The notes: generated from the sequence alone by a model not told the origin. Shown: positions 42,405 through 53,205, counted from the first letter of the stretch. The stretch is 64,000 nucleotides of DNA from Gammaproteobacteria bacterium (GCA_965222155.1 CBDCTH010000004.1:192001-256000); one strand, 5' to 3'. Made by a program: numbers and translations.

Positions 42405-43730
42405 ATGTCCAAAGCAAGTATCAGGCAACTCATCGATGAGAAACCCATCAGCGGTTTGCAGTTACGGGTCGTGTTCGGCTGTTTTGCCCTGAACATGCTG
42501 GATGGGTTCGACGTACTGGCCATTGCCTTTACCGCGCCCACCATCTCCCAGGAATGGCAACTGACGCCTTATGTGCTTGGTATTATTTTCAGCGCCGGCC
42601 TCATCGGCATGACTCTGGGTGCGGCGTTTATTGCCCCGTACACCGACGTCATCGGCCGGCGCGCGATGATATTGTTATCGCTGATCGCCATCGGCGTCAG
42701 CATGGCCTTGACCGGCATGACCACAAACGCCACACAGTTGATCATCATGCGGATCATTACGGGGCTGGGCATCGGCAGCATTCTTGCCAGTCTCACCAGC
42801 CTGGTTGCCGAATACACCCCGGCCAGGAAGCGCAGCCTGATGGTGGGTTTTATGCAGGTAGGTTATCCCCTGGGCGCCACCCTTGGTGGGTTTGCCGCGG
42901 TCTGGCTGATCCAGCAATCCGGCTGGTCGGCGGTATTTTATTGCGGCAGCATCCTGTCGTTTGCCGCGGCTATCTTTACTTATTATTTACTGCCTGAATC
43001 CATGGAATTTCTTTCCTCCCGGCAACCCGCGGGCGCCATGGACAAGATAAACCGGATCCTGGCCCGCATGGACTGGCCGCAATTGCAGGCCATGCCTGAG
43101 GCGCCGGCAGTCGCGCTAAAGCCGTCCGTCAGGCAGATATTGACTCCCGAATATCGAAACTGGACTTTACTGCTATGGGCCGGTTTTTTCATGGCGTTCC
43201 TGACCCTGTATTTCCTGTTCAGTTGGGTACCCAAGATTACTGTGGACGCCGGGCTGCCGGTGGATAAGGGGATCTACATCGGGACGGCGTTGAATTTCGG
43301 CGCGTTCATCGGAGGCACCTCACTGGGTTACCTGTCTGACCGGTTCGGGGTACGCCCCTTGATCATCTGGTTTTTTACCGGCGGCGTCATCTTCATGACA
43401 ATATTCGGATTTTCGCCGGCTGAGGTGGAGTTGCTGCTGGTATTAGCCTTCCTGATAGGCTTCTGCGTACTGGGCGGCTTTGTCGGTTTTTATATCTCAG
43501 CCGCGTGTCTGTACCATACGGAGATTCGCACGACCGGCGTAGGCTGGAGCATCGGCGCGGGACGGACCGGCGCGATCATCGGCCCTTACCTGGGTGGCGT
43601 GTTTATTGATGTGGGCTTCCCGTCGAGCGTGAATTTCATCATCTTTGCCATCCCGCTTGTCCTGGCTTGTGTCGCGATATACCTGTTGCGAGCGCCCCAA
43701 CTGGAGCCGGGTTATACAGTACAACATTAG
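42405..43730 (+). CDS. MFS aromatic acid:H+ symporter (PcaK/BenK-like)
   Basis: LDGFDVLAIAF, D.IGRR, LPES.EFL, RTTGVGW. Confidence 0.9.
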   Translation: MSKASIRQLIDEKPISGLQLRVVFGCFALNMLDGFDVLAIAFTAPTISQEWQLTPYVLGIIFSAGLIGMTLGAAFIAPYTDVIGRRAMILLSLIAIGVSMALTGMTTNATQLIIMRIITGLGIGSILASLTSLVAEYTPARKRSLMVGFMQVGYPLGATLGGFAAVWLIQQSGWSAVFYCGSILSFAAAIFTYYLLPESMEFLSSRQPAGAMDKINRILARMDWPQLQAMPEAPAVALKPSVRQILTPEYRNWTLLLWAGFFMAFLTLYFLFSWVPKITVDAGLPVDKGIYIGTALNFGAFIGGTSLGYLSDRFGVRPLIIWFFTGGVIFMTIFGFSPAEVELLLVLAFLIGFCVLGGFVGFYISAACLYHTEIRTTGVGWSIGAGRTGAIIGPYLGGVFIDVGFPSSVNFIIFAIPLVLACVAIYLLRAPQLEPGYTVQH

Positions 43731-43805
43731 CCCGGATTTCTCACCAGGTCGCTGGTTGCTATCTCGATATTTGGGGTTAGAGTAAAAATACAGTCAGTTT
43801 GGCAA
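43731..43805. repeat. Solitary IS1380-like end followed by a half REP of family B
   Basis: CCCGGATTTCTCACCAGGTCGC after TTAG; GGGGTTAGAGTAAAAATACAGTCAGTTTGGCAA. Confidence 0.7.
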
Positions 43806-43815
43806 AACGCCACGA

Positions 43816-44652
43816 TCATCCCGAAATAATCGTATTACCCAACGTGCCGATGGCCTCCAGTTCCACCTCGACCCTGTCACCTGGGGACATGAAAAGCTGC
43901 GGCTTCCGTTTATAGCCGACCCCGCCGGGGGTGCCGGAGGCGATGATATCGCCGGGTTCCAGGGTGGTGAACGTGGAAAGGTAGGCCAGGAGTACGGGAA
44001 TGGGGAACAGCATCAGGTCCGTTGTCGTGCTTTGCACCGTTGTGCCGTTCAGACGGGTTTCAAGCCGGTAACCGGCATTGGGGTCCGGTATTTCCCCGGC
44101 AGGGATCATCCAGGGGCCACAGGCGCCGGAGCCGTCAAAGTTTTTGCCCGGGATGTACTGTGTTGTATGGTTCTGGTAATCACGCATCGTCCCGTCCATG
44201 AAACAACTGTAGCCGGCGACGTGGTCAAGCGCCTGTTCGGGACGGATGCGCCGGCCCGGTTTGCCGATAATGACGGCCAGTTCGCCTTCATAATCGAACT
44301 TGTCACTTTCCCCTGGTTTGAGCAGGGCCTGGCCATGGCCCGAGACCGAGGCAGGGAAGCGGGTAAAGATAAGCGGGTATGTTGTCTTTGCCCCACCCAT
44401 TTCATCCCGGTGCGCGGCGTAATTCTGGCCGACGCAGAGGATGCGGGACGGGTCCGGAATGGGCGGCAGGAAGGTGATTTCGTCCAGCGCCACTTTTTTG
44501 CCCGTTGCGGCGGCACCAGCGCAGGCCGCCAGGTTGTGCTTGCGGATAGCGGCTTTCAGGGAGGGTTCACAATGGCTCAGGTTCGCTATGACCGCGCCAT
44601 CCACCAGGCCCCAGCCCGGTTTGTTATTGTGCAGGTAAGAGACGAAACGCAT
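43816..44652 (-). CDS. Fumarylacetoacetate hydrolase family protein
   Basis: CVGQNY, DYEGEL, GKNF, GDIIASGTPGGVG. Confidence 0.93.
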   Translation of the reverse strand: MRFVSYLHNNKPGWGLVDGAVIANLSHCEPSLKAAIRKHNLAACAGAAATGKKVALDEITFLPPIPDPSRILCVGQNYAAHRDEMGGAKTTYPLIFTRFPASVSGHGQALLKPGESDKFDYEGELAVIIGKPGRRIRPEQALDHVAGYSCFMDGTMRDYQNHTTQYIPGKNFDGSGACGPWMIPAGEIPDPNAGYRLETRLNGTTVQSTTTDLMLFPIPVLLAYLSTFTTLEPGDIIASGTPGGVGYKRKPQLFMSPGDRVEVELEAIGTLGNTIISG

Positions 44653-44653
44653 G

Positions 44654-45661
44654 TCAGCTTTCAGTCCTGACGGTTCGAAAGCCTATATGCGCGGCACCCA
44701 GTGTGGTTTCCTGTGGATGCTTGGCGGCAGGCCGGTAACGCCGGCAATAATTTTCCGCACATAGATAGGATCCGCCCTTGATTACCTTGACCGGCACCCC
44801 GGGTTGGCGCGGATCATGGCCTGTCGTCCCAGCGGGCGCCTGTTGCGAGTTCACCGGGTAATACCAGTCATCAACCCACTCCCACACGTTACCGATCATA
44901 TCGTACAGGCCGTAACCGTTGGCGGGGAAACAACCTGTCGGAGCGGTAGCGAGGAAGTTATCTTCATTGTCGTTCATTACCGGGAATACCCCTTGCCAGG
45001 TGTTGGCCTGGTGTTTCCCGTCAACCAGGTACTCGTTGCCCCAGGCGAAATAGGCCTTATCCAGGCCGCCCCGGGCCGCGTACTCCCACTGCGCCTCCGT
45101 CGGCAGATCATGCCCCAGCCAGTCTGCAAAAGCCCGGCCGTCCTGGTAGGTGATATGCACGACGGGATGATCATCCCGGCCTTCGATTGAACTGCCGGGC
45201 CCGGCCGGTTCCCGCCAGTAGGCCCCGGGGACGAAACGCCACCACTGTGTCAGCTTGCCGGCTGAGTCCGTGGGCATGACAAATATGACGGAACCGGGTT
45301 GCAGCAGGGCAGGATCAATGTCCGGAAAGTCATTCGGGTGCGGCCGGCGTTCCGCCACGGTGACGTAACCGGTCGCCTTGACGAATTCGCCGAACCTCGC
45401 ATTGGTCACTTCATACCTGTCGATCCAGAAGCCGTCGACCTCCATTTCCTGCGGCGGTCCTTCTTCGGGATAAAAATCTGCCGCGCCTTTGGTGAAACTG
45501 CCGCCTTCGATCCAGACCATATCGTCCTGTCCCGCCGGTTTGTTGCAGCTTGCCTGTGAGTGAGGCGCGTCACTCACTATTCGCCTGCCGTCCATGGCTG
45601 CAAAATACCCCAGCAGGGCGACGACCCCCAGGATGAATGCGATGAGCAGGGATTTCTTCAT
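44654..45661 (-). CDS. Formylglycine-generating enzyme (SUMF1) family protein
   Basis: LPTEAQWEYAARGG, NGYGLYDMIGNVWEW, KGGSYLCAENYCRRYR, GFR. Confidence 0.92.
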   Translation of the reverse strand: MKKSLLIAFILGVVALLGYFAAMDGRRIVSDAPHSQASCNKPAGQDDMVWIEGGSFTKGAADFYPEEGPPQEMEVDGFWIDRYEVTNARFGEFVKATGYVTVAERRPHPNDFPDIDPALLQPGSVIFVMPTDSAGKLTQWWRFVPGAYWREPAGPGSSIEGRDDHPVVHITYQDGRAFADWLGHDLPTEAQWEYAARGGLDKAYFAWGNEYLVDGKHQANTWQGVFPVMNDNEDNFLATAPTGCFPANGYGLYDMIGNVWEWVDDWYYPVNSQQAPAGTTGHDPRQPGVPVKVIKGGSYLCAENYCRRYRPAAKHPQETTLGAAHIGFRTVRTES

Positions 45662-45683
45662 CGAATCATATTACCACAAGTGC

Positions 45684-45793
45684 TCCCGCTAACTCCCGGG
45701 AGCGAGGGCATCCTGCCCTCGTGGAGGGCGAGACGCCCTCCCTCCCAGTGAAACATGCCCCAGGACTCCTGGGGACAGATTTAAATCTGTCCC
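45684..45793 (+). repeat. Composite REP-like element family A, copy 2
   Basis: Near-identical to 32875-32984 and 58712-58822. Confidence 0.85.
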
Positions 45794-45939
45794 TCCCCCT
45801 GTCTTTCGGCAAACATCACTGTATTGACCTCGATGTAGCGGGAGCACCTGATACCATTATTCAGTTTGTAATCAGCTTCATTCGATAATATACTTCCGAG
45901 CATATTTTTATCGACAATTTTCAAGGAGGAAAACCTGCT

Positions 45940-46185
45940 ATGGGCATGATCATTTCGGAAGTTTATGATGCGTTAATTGATGCCGGCGCAGCGGAAGGCA
46001 AGGCGATAGCGGCAGCCTCGGTACTGTTACCACAAAACATGATTGAAACTTCATTGAACAATATTGAAACCCGGTTAACTCATATTGAGGAATCCGTTGA
46101 TCACATGAAGCTCAATTTAGCCATTTTGAGTTATATTTACGGCCCTGTAACAGTGGGCCTGCTTATCAAACTGGCTTTTTTCTGA
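45940..46185 (+). CDS. Small coiled-coil protein with C-terminal TM helix
   Basis: RBS AGGAGG; EVYDALIDAGA.E.KA.AAA. Confidence 0.65.
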   Translation: MGMIISEVYDALIDAGAAEGKAIAAASVLLPQNMIETSLNNIETRLTHIEESVDHMKLNLAILSYIYGPVTVGLLIKLAFF

Positions 46186-46203
46186 TTCTTTTCCCATTCC
46201 GAC

Positions 46204-47085
46204 ATGCCCTACAAGCTCGTTTTACTGGAAACGGCCAGGAAACTTGCCGAACAACACGATTTTGACGGGGCATCCTTAAGGGAAGCCATCCCTTACCTGG
46301 AGGCCTTCCAGGGGAAGAAGTTTGTCCTCAAGATCGGCGGTTCGGTGTTGCAGGATGAACGCCTGATACCCTCACTGGTGAGCGATGTCGTGTTCCTGAA
46401 GCGCCTGGATATCAATGTCATCCTCGTTCACGGCGGCGCCCGGCAACTGGACCGCCACATGCAATCGCGGGGGATGGAACCGAGCAAGCTGGACGGACTG
46501 CGGGTGACTACCCTGGAAGTCCTGGAACTGGCGAACGAGGTATTCTTGGAAATCAGCTATAAAATCAGGGACGCGGTCGCCAATCGGGGGTACCGGGGCA
46601 TCATATTCGACCGTTCCAGCGGCCTGGTTTGTTCCCGGCGGAAACACGCCGACCTGGGTTACGTTGGTGAACCGGTGCGCGTGGATACGTCTCTGCTGGA
46701 ACAATTACCAACAGAAGCCGTTCCAATCGTCACGGCGATAACCTCGGGGGAGGAACCCCGGGAACCCGGTTACAACGTCAATGCCGATGAAGTGGCCAGC
46801 GCCATCGCCCAGGAGATCAAGGCAGAAAAACTGATCCTGATGACCGATGAGGACGGGGTGAAGGACGGCCGCGGCGATTTGTTGCCGTCGCTCACGCAGC
46901 GACAGGCGGAAGCCCTCATCGAAGCAGGGGTAATTTATGGCGGTATGATTCCCAAGGTGCAAGCCTGCCTGGAGCCGCTGCAACACGGCGTAAAAAAGTC
47001 CCATATCATCAAGGGAGAGGCCGATTCCTTTATCAATGAGATCCTGACCGATGCCGGCGTCGGCACGGAATTCATCCTGGAATAG
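46204..47085 (+). CDS. argB: Acetylglutamate kinase
   Basis: EAIPYL, KIGGS, VHGG, GLRVT, YNVNAD, GGMIPKV, GVGT. Confidence 0.9.
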   Translation: MPYKLVLLETARKLAEQHDFDGASLREAIPYLEAFQGKKFVLKIGGSVLQDERLIPSLVSDVVFLKRLDINVILVHGGARQLDRHMQSRGMEPSKLDGLRVTTLEVLELANEVFLEISYKIRDAVANRGYRGIIFDRSSGLVCSRRKHADLGYVGEPVRVDTSLLEQLPTEAVPIVTAITSGEEPREPGYNVNADEVASAIAQEIKAEKLILMTDEDGVKDGRGDLLPSLTQRQAEALIEAGVIYGGMIPKVQACLEPLQHGVKKSHIIKGEADSFINEILTDAGVGTEFILE

Positions 47086-47273
47086 CTGAAAATCGGGCAC
47101 TGTCCCCGGTTCCTTTCTGTTTCCCGGTTTTCTGAGGTTTCCTTCGAATTGGCCAATTATATGGCCAAATATTCAATTATTTCTTGACGAATATAATTTT
47201 ATGTTCTATAAAACATAGAGTTATTAAATTTATAACCGGCCAACAAAGTGGCCAAAATATTGGTTATACAGGA

Positions 47274-48485
47274 ATGGTTACGACAAGTCACGATTTTACG
47301 CCGTTTATTCCAGGCGATGAAGCATTAAACGAGTCTGAGCTACCGGATTTAGTGATGTCAATGGTGCGGGCTGATGCAAAACTGGCTGGCTGTTTGTCAG
47401 AGGTGACGAAGGAAACGATTCGTCAATATATGGCAGTCGTAAACTCATATTATTCCAACCTGATTGAGGGTAACCATACCCACCCACATGAAATCCGTGC
47501 TGCGCAAAGAGGTGAGTATCATGATGATCCCTTAAAAAGAGATTTACAGGTAGAATCCGTTGCACATATCCATGTTCAGAACTGGATAAAGCAGCAAGAC
47601 TTTGACCAGGATTCAATATATTCATGCGATTTTTTGAAAGCTGTTCATAGAGAGTTTTATGTACAACTCCCTGAGCATATGCTGGAAATCAAAGATGAAG
47701 AGGGAAAATTAAAAGGTAAGATAGTACCGGGAGAATGGCGTACCGACCCTGTCAAAGTAGGCTTGCATGTCCCGCCGTATGCGGACCATCTGGATTCACT
47801 AATGCAGCAGTTTTGTGAGATATACCATCCCGGCAAGTATAGCGGGGACAGGAAATATATCGCGCTTATGTCTGCACATCACAGATTTGTCTGGATTCAT
47901 CCGTTTCTTGATGGTAATGGAAGAGTTGTCAGGTTATTTACCGACGCGGCGCTGTCCGGTCTTGGACTGAACAGTGTAGGGGTGTGGTGTATCAGTCGTG
48001 GTTTAGCCAGAACGATGAATGATTACAAGACTTTACTGGCACGGGCGGATTTCGCTCGACAAGGTGTCCATGATGGCCGTGGCCTGTTAAGCCAGGAGAA
48101 CCTGGTGGACTTTTGCCGATACATGCTTGTTGCGGCAATTGATCAGATTAAGTATATAACCGGCTTACTTGAACTGGGACAAATGCAAAAAAGAATATCA
48201 AGATACATACAAGCGCGAAATGATCTTCGTGTGCCGGCAATCAGCGCCGAAATCAAGGAAGCGGCTTCACTTGTCCTGTATCACGCTTTCATCAATGGTG
48301 AACTGGAGCGTCAAATGGCTTATGAACTGTGCGGGATGCCGGATCGTAGCGCACGCAGATTACTTGCTCAATTAAAGGATGAAGGCTTGTTAACAGAAAC
48401 ATCTTCACGGTCACCGTTCAAGTGGTCCATACCTGAACATGCGGAACCCTGGTATTTCCCTCAATTAGTACCGGGACAAGTATAG
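47274..48485 (+). CDS. Fic family protein
   Basis: HPFLDGNGR Fic motif; SNLIEGN inhibitory-helix-like motif; C-terminal HTH. Confidence 0.92.
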   Translation: MVTTSHDFTPFIPGDEALNESELPDLVMSMVRADAKLAGCLSEVTKETIRQYMAVVNSYYSNLIEGNHTHPHEIRAAQRGEYHDDPLKRDLQVESVAHIHVQNWIKQQDFDQDSIYSCDFLKAVHREFYVQLPEHMLEIKDEEGKLKGKIVPGEWRTDPVKVGLHVPPYADHLDSLMQQFCEIYHPGKYSGDRKYIALMSAHHRFVWIHPFLDGNGRVVRLFTDAALSGLGLNSVGVWCISRGLARTMNDYKTLLARADFARQGVHDGRGLLSQENLVDFCRYMLVAAIDQIKYITGLLELGQMQKRISRYIQARNDLRVPAISAEIKEAASLVLYHAFINGELERQMAYELCGMPDRSARRLLAQLKDEGLLTETSSRSPFKWSIPEHAEPWYFPQLVPGQV

Positions 48486-48549
48486 CTGCTGGTATAAACG
48501 GGATAGACCATAGACGGGGACGGCCCCTGTTATTTTGGGCGTCGATTTG

Positions 48550-49389
48550 TTATGTGATCGCATCCGGCGGATAATCAGCCGGGTCGAACGCCGGTTCGGG
48601 GAAGCGGGGATCCATGTCTTCCAGGGTATCGACTAGCAGGCGGCTGATTACCAGGTTGCGAAACCAGCGGTTTTCCGCAGGGATCACGTACCAGGGCGCA
48701 TAAGAAGTCGAGCAGCGCCGCAGCATGTGGTGATAGGCTTCCACGTAGTCATCCCAGCGCTCCCGGTCGCGCAAGTCGTCCGGGACAAATTTCCAGTGTT
48801 TATCAGGGCGGCGCAGCCGTCGTTTCAGCCGTTTGAGCTGGTAGTCTTTGGATATGTGCAGCATCACCTTGACGATACGCGTACCGTGGTCGGTCAGCAT
48901 TTTTTCAAAGTCATTGATATGCCCGTAGCGTTTCTCGATGAGGTCGGGCGGCGCCCAGCCGTAGACACGCACGATCAATACGTCTTCGTAATGGGAACGG
49001 TTGAAGACGCCGATGCTGCCTTTTCGTGGCGCGTGAGAGTGGATGCGCCAGAGGAAATCACGCGCCATTTCCGCGTGGTTCGGTGACTTGAAGTTCGTCA
49101 CCCGGCAGGCCTGGGGATTCAGCGGCGCCATCACGTGGCGAATGGTGCTGTCCTTGCCGGCAGTGTCCATGGCCTGCAGCACCAGCAGCAGCGATTGCTT
49201 TGACTCGGCAAAAAGCCGTTGTTGCAGTTCATCGAGACGCTTTTGCAGCATCGCAAGCTGTTCTCCCACTTCCTGCTTGACCTGCCCTTTGACCAGTCCC
49301 TGAGTATCACCTGGATCAATATCCGTCAGTGAAAATGAACCGTCCTGGGGTACGCGGTATTTTGAATAATCCAATGAAAAGCCAGCCAT
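48550..49389 (-). CDS. ppk2: Polyphosphate kinase 2 (class III-like)
   Basis: QAMDTAGKD, DFLWR, FNRSHYEDVL, APWYVIPA. Confidence 0.92.
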   Translation of the reverse strand: MAGFSLDYSKYRVPQDGSFSLTDIDPGDTQGLVKGQVKQEVGEQLAMLQKRLDELQQRLFAESKQSLLLVLQAMDTAGKDSTIRHVMAPLNPQACRVTNFKSPNHAEMARDFLWRIHSHAPRKGSIGVFNRSHYEDVLIVRVYGWAPPDLIEKRYGHINDFEKMLTDHGTRIVKVMLHISKDYQLKRLKRRLRRPDKHWKFVPDDLRDRERWDDYVEAYHHMLRRCSTSYAPWYVIPAENRWFRNLVISRLLVDTLEDMDPRFPEPAFDPADYPPDAIT

Positions 49390-49596
49390 GTATCACTCCC
49401 GGGATGTTATTTGCAAACCGGCAATACGATAGCATTATAACCGCTGAATAACCAACGGCGCCGGGCGCTGTACCCCCATATCAGGATTGTTGATTGAAAT
49501 GTGTGTTAATCTTCCTTAGTATTTGCATGAAATACTAAACCTCCCGTATGTGCTACAACTTGCAACCTGCCTGTCGAGGGCAGTTGACGCCATAAC

Positions 49597-50400
49597 ATGC
49601 TGAACGATTTACAGACCACCAAAGCCGCTGAAGCCATCCATGCGGCGGAAACAAATCACCGGCAGGCACGGGCAATAACCCTTGAACATCCTGACATGAG
49701 CCTGGATGACGCCTACCGGATCCAGGCAAAATGGATGGCAATCAAACAGGCTGAAGGGCGTGAAATCAGAGGATACAAGATCGGCCTGACCTCGCGTGCG
49801 ATGCAGGTGGTCATGCACATCGACGAGCCGGATTACGGTACCTTGCTGGATGACATGTTTTTTGCAGACGGCGCCGAGATAGAGGCCGCGAAATTTACCG
49901 ATCCCAGGATAGAGGTCGAGTTGGCGTTTATCCTGAAGGACAGGCTGGCGGGTGAGAACGTGACCGTCGCCGACGTGCTAAATGCAACGGATTACGTGGT
50001 GCCGGCCCTGGAACTGATCGCGGCCCGCACCTACCGGGTTGATCCGGATAGCGGTTACGTGCGCAGGATACAGGACACCATTGCCGATAACGCTGCCGGC
50101 GCCGGCGTCATCATGGGAGGACAACGTATCAAACCCGATAGTATGGATCTGCGCTGGTGCGGCGCCCTGCTTTACCGGAATGGCGTGGTGGAAGAGACCG
50201 GTCTGGCCGCGGGCGTGCTGGATCATCCTGCCAACGGGATAGCCTGGATCGCAAAACGCTTTGCGCCCCACGGTATCGCGCTGGAACCCGGCCAGGTACT
50301 GCTGTCAGGTTCGTTCACCCGGCCCGTGCTTGCCCGTCCGGGCGATGCGTTCCGGGCCGATTACGGGAAACTGGGAAGTATCGATTGCCGCTTCGGGTAA
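49597..50400 (+). CDS. hpaH: 2-oxo-hept-3-ene-1,7-dioate hydratase
   Basis: KIGLTSRAMQ, EPDYG, EVELAF, DTIADNA, EETGLAAGVL. Confidence 0.93.
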   Translation: MLNDLQTTKAAEAIHAAETNHRQARAITLEHPDMSLDDAYRIQAKWMAIKQAEGREIRGYKIGLTSRAMQVVMHIDEPDYGTLLDDMFFADGAEIEAAKFTDPRIEVELAFILKDRLAGENVTVADVLNATDYVVPALELIAARTYRVDPDSGYVRRIQDTIADNAAGAGVIMGGQRIKPDSMDLRWCGALLYRNGVVEETGLAAGVLDHPANGIAWIAKRFAPHGIALEPGQVLLSGSFTRPVLARPGDAFRADYGKLGSIDCRFG

Positions 50401-50419
50401 CGAATATTTGATGTGCACC

Positions 50420-50551
50420 TTCCCTGGCACACACCCTACGGGCGTCCTTCGGACGTCCAAATCCGCTCCTGGCGGATTTGTGGGGTCAGAGTAATAATAC
50501 GGCCGGGTCAGCAATGTGTTGATTTATGGTTGCGCATTTTTACTCTGACCC
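50420..50551. repeat. REP-like hairpins and family B inverted repeat
   Basis: GGGCGTCCTTCGGACGTCC; CAAATCCGC...GCGGATTTG; GGGTCAGAGTAA...TTACTCTGACCC. Confidence 0.7.
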
Positions 50552-50611
50552 GAAATACCCTGTGCCTTCTGTGGACAGAGATTGTTAAAAAATATAATAC
50601 AGGAGAGATGA

Positions 50612-51397
50612 ATGGAATTACCCATTAACCGCCTGAAACAGGCCCTGGCTGCCGGCCGGACGCAATACGGTCTGTGGCTGGGTTTGCCGGACACCACCTG
50701 CGCCGAGATCTGTGCCATTGCCGGCTTTGACTGGCTGGTCATCGACGCGGAGCATGGTCCTTTCGACCTGCCTGCGGTGCTTGGCCATTTACGGACTATT
50801 GCAGCGTACGACGTAGCGGCTGCCGTACGTCCGGTATCTGATGATCGCAATGTATTGAAACAACTCCTGGATACGGGAGCACAGACCCTGGTAGTGCCGA
50901 TGATCGAATCAGCTGAACAGGCGGCAGAGCTGGTACGGTCAGTGCGCTACCCGCCGGCCGGGGTGCGCGGTCTTGGCACATCCCTGGCCAGGGCGGCGCG
51001 CTGGGGCAGGATACCCGGATACCTGCACAACGCGAACGAGCAGATCTGCCTGATCGTGCAGGTAGAGACCCTACGCGCGGTACAGGCATTACCCGGCATA
51101 CTGGAAGTCGACGGTGTCGACGGCGTATTCGTCGGGCCGTCCGATCTGTCTGCTTCCATGGGCCATATCGGCAATGCACGCCACCCGGACGTCGTCAAGG
51201 TGATCCGGGAGATCCTGCAAAAGACCCGCGCCGCAGGCAAGGCCGCGGGTATTCTCGTCATTGATCCGGCCCAGGCCCAGGAATACCGGGACTGCGGCGC
51301 AAATATGATCGGTATCGGCACGGATACCTTGCTGCTTGCCAACAGCGCTCAGCAACTTGCCGACAGTGTAAAAAGCGGGAAAGCCTCCAGTCAGTGA
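50612..51397 (+). CDS. hpaI: HpcH/HpaI aldolase
   Basis: GFDWLVIDAEHGP, RYPPAGVRG, QVET, GPSDLSASMG. Confidence 0.92.
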   Translation: MELPINRLKQALAAGRTQYGLWLGLPDTTCAEICAIAGFDWLVIDAEHGPFDLPAVLGHLRTIAAYDVAAAVRPVSDDRNVLKQLLDTGAQTLVVPMIESAEQAAELVRSVRYPPAGVRGLGTSLARAARWGRIPGYLHNANEQICLIVQVETLRAVQALPGILEVDGVDGVFVGPSDLSASMGHIGNARHPDVVKVIREILQKTRAAGKAAGILVIDPAQAQEYRDCGANMIGIGTDTLLLANSAQQLADSVKSGKASSQ

Positions 51398-52161
51398 AGA
51401 AAATCCGGATTAACGCGGACGGCGTGCTGCGGGATGCCGCGCTTGATGGGCAAGGTCGTATCCTCATGGACGGCATGACCGTGGGGCTGGAAGAAACCAG
51501 CTTATTGCCCGTCACCGATCAACCCGTGATCTGCACCGCACTGAATTACACCTCCCATTACGCCCGGCATGAAGACGCTTTTCATCAACCACCGTACAAA
51601 AAACCGCCTCAGCAACCCGTATTTTTTATCAAGCCTCCAAATACGCTGGCGGGACACTTGAGCGAGGTGCCGTGCCCGGGCTACGTGGACCATATTTACA
51701 CCGGGGCGGGACTGGCTTTCGTGGTCGGCCGGATGGCTTCCCGCGTCAAACGGGAACAAGCGTTTGACCATGTCAGCGGTTATACCATCTTCAATGACTT
51801 CAGCCTTGCCGAGGACAGTTATTTCAGGCCGCCCATCACCAGCAAGTGCCTTGACGGGTCCGGCCCGGTAGGGCCATATATCGTTGACCGGGAGGAAGTC
51901 ACCAACCTCCATAATCTCACAATAAAAACAGTTGTGAACGGGGAGTTAAGGCAAGCGGCCTCCAGCGCAGACCTGAGGCTCGATATCCCCACCATTATCG
52001 AAGCCCTGACCGAATTTATGACCCTGCAGCCAGGCATGGTTGTGGTGAGCGGGTTTCCCGCCGAGCGTATTGCAGTAAAACCGGGAGATCAAGTCATGGT
52101 CGAGATCGAGCAGATCGGTTCGCTGGTGAACCGGATAGTTAACGACTCGAATGAACAGTGA
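51394..52161 (+). CDS. hpaG: HpaG N-terminal subunit (isomerase/decarboxylase)
   Basis: AFHQPPYKKPP..PVFFIKP; SYFRPPI. Confidence 0.85.
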   Translation: MKKIRINADGVLRDAALDGQGRILMDGMTVGLEETSLLPVTDQPVICTALNYTSHYARHEDAFHQPPYKKPPQQPVFFIKPPNTLAGHLSEVPCPGYVDHIYTGAGLAFVVGRMASRVKREQAFDHVSGYTIFNDFSLAEDSYFRPPITSKCLDGSGPVGPYIVDREEVTNLHNLTIKTVVNGELRQAASSADLRLDIPTIIEALTEFMTLQPGMVVVSGFPAERIAVKPGDQVMVEIEQIGSLVNRIVNDSNEQ

Positions 52162-52388
52162 GACAGGTTAGGATGGCATTTTTAAGACACGCTGTGAATA
52201 CATCCATGTACGTTCATTGCGCCCATCCCCCTGCTCAACTCCATACAGAGCTTGCCCCTGCGGTTGTAAGCAGGGGGGCAGGCTCTGGGCGCAACCCTTC
52301 GGGTGGCTTACGCTGTGCAAATCGTCATTTGCACAGCGTAAGCCGTCCCTGGCTGGCGACGGTCTTAAAAATGCCATCCCAACCTGTC
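52162..52388. repeat. 227-bp nested palindromic (ERIC/REP-like) insert
   Basis: 27-bp terminal IR with 1 mismatch; internal hairpin GGCTTACGCTGTGCAAAT...ATTTGCACAGCGTAAGCC. Confidence 0.85.
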
Positions 52389-52422
52389 AACGTGCTGTTA
52401 GGTATGCGTTGTTATTAATTAT

Positions 52423-53205
52423 ATGAAAACAGCAAGGGTAAGAATCGATAACCGGATACACCAGGTCAGCGTGAATGACGATTACAGCGTCATCAGCGCG
52501 GATGGCAGGACCTGGCAGGAGGATGATGTGACATGGCTGCCACCGGAACACGGCACTGTCTTCGCGCTGGGTTTGAATTACGTGGACCATGCGGCTGAAC
52601 TGTCATTTAAAGCGCCAGAGGAACCCTTGCTGTTCTTGAAAACGCCAAACACCTTTGTCGGGCACAGGCAGCGCAGCTACCGGCCTGATAATGTCGATTA
52701 TATGCACTATGAGGCGGAACTGGTCGTGGTGATCGGTAAAACGGCCCGTAAGGTGAAACAACGGGATGCCATGGATTACGTGGGCGGATATACCTTGTGT
52801 AATGATTACGCGGTGCGGGATTACCTGGAAAATTATTATCGGCCGAACCTGCGGGTTAAATGTCATGATTCCCTGTCCCCCCTGGGGCCGTATATCGTCG
52901 ACAGGGATGATATTGACGACCCCCATGATTTGAGGCTCCGTACCCAGGTCAACGGCGAGTTGCGCCAGGAGGGGAGCACACGGGACATGGTATTCAGAAT
53001 TCCTTTTTTGATCGAATACCTGTCGGCATTCATGACCCTGCAGCCGGGCGACATGATTTCAACCGGCACACCGAAAGGGCTTGCTGACGTGCAACCGGGC
53101 GATGAAGTGGTGATAGAAGTTGAACAGGTGGGCCGATTGATCAATTATGTGATCAGCGAGCAGGAATATTATGCAGGATCAGACAATCATGAGCGGACAA
53201 TTTAA
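52423..53205 (+). CDS. hpaG: HpaG C-terminal subunit
   Basis: ALGLNY.DHA.EL, MHYEAEL, RDYLENYYRPNLRVK, TGTPKG. Confidence 0.9.
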   Translation: MKTARVRIDNRIHQVSVNDDYSVISADGRTWQEDDVTWLPPEHGTVFALGLNYVDHAAELSFKAPEEPLLFLKTPNTFVGHRQRSYRPDNVDYMHYEAELVVVIGKTARKVKQRDAMDYVGGYTLCNDYAVRDYLENYYRPNLRVKCHDSLSPLGPYIVDRDDIDDPHDLRLRTQVNGELRQEGSTRDMVFRIPFLIEYLSAFMTLQPGDMISTGTPKGLADVQPGDEVVIEVEQVGRLINYVISEQEYYAGSDNHERTI

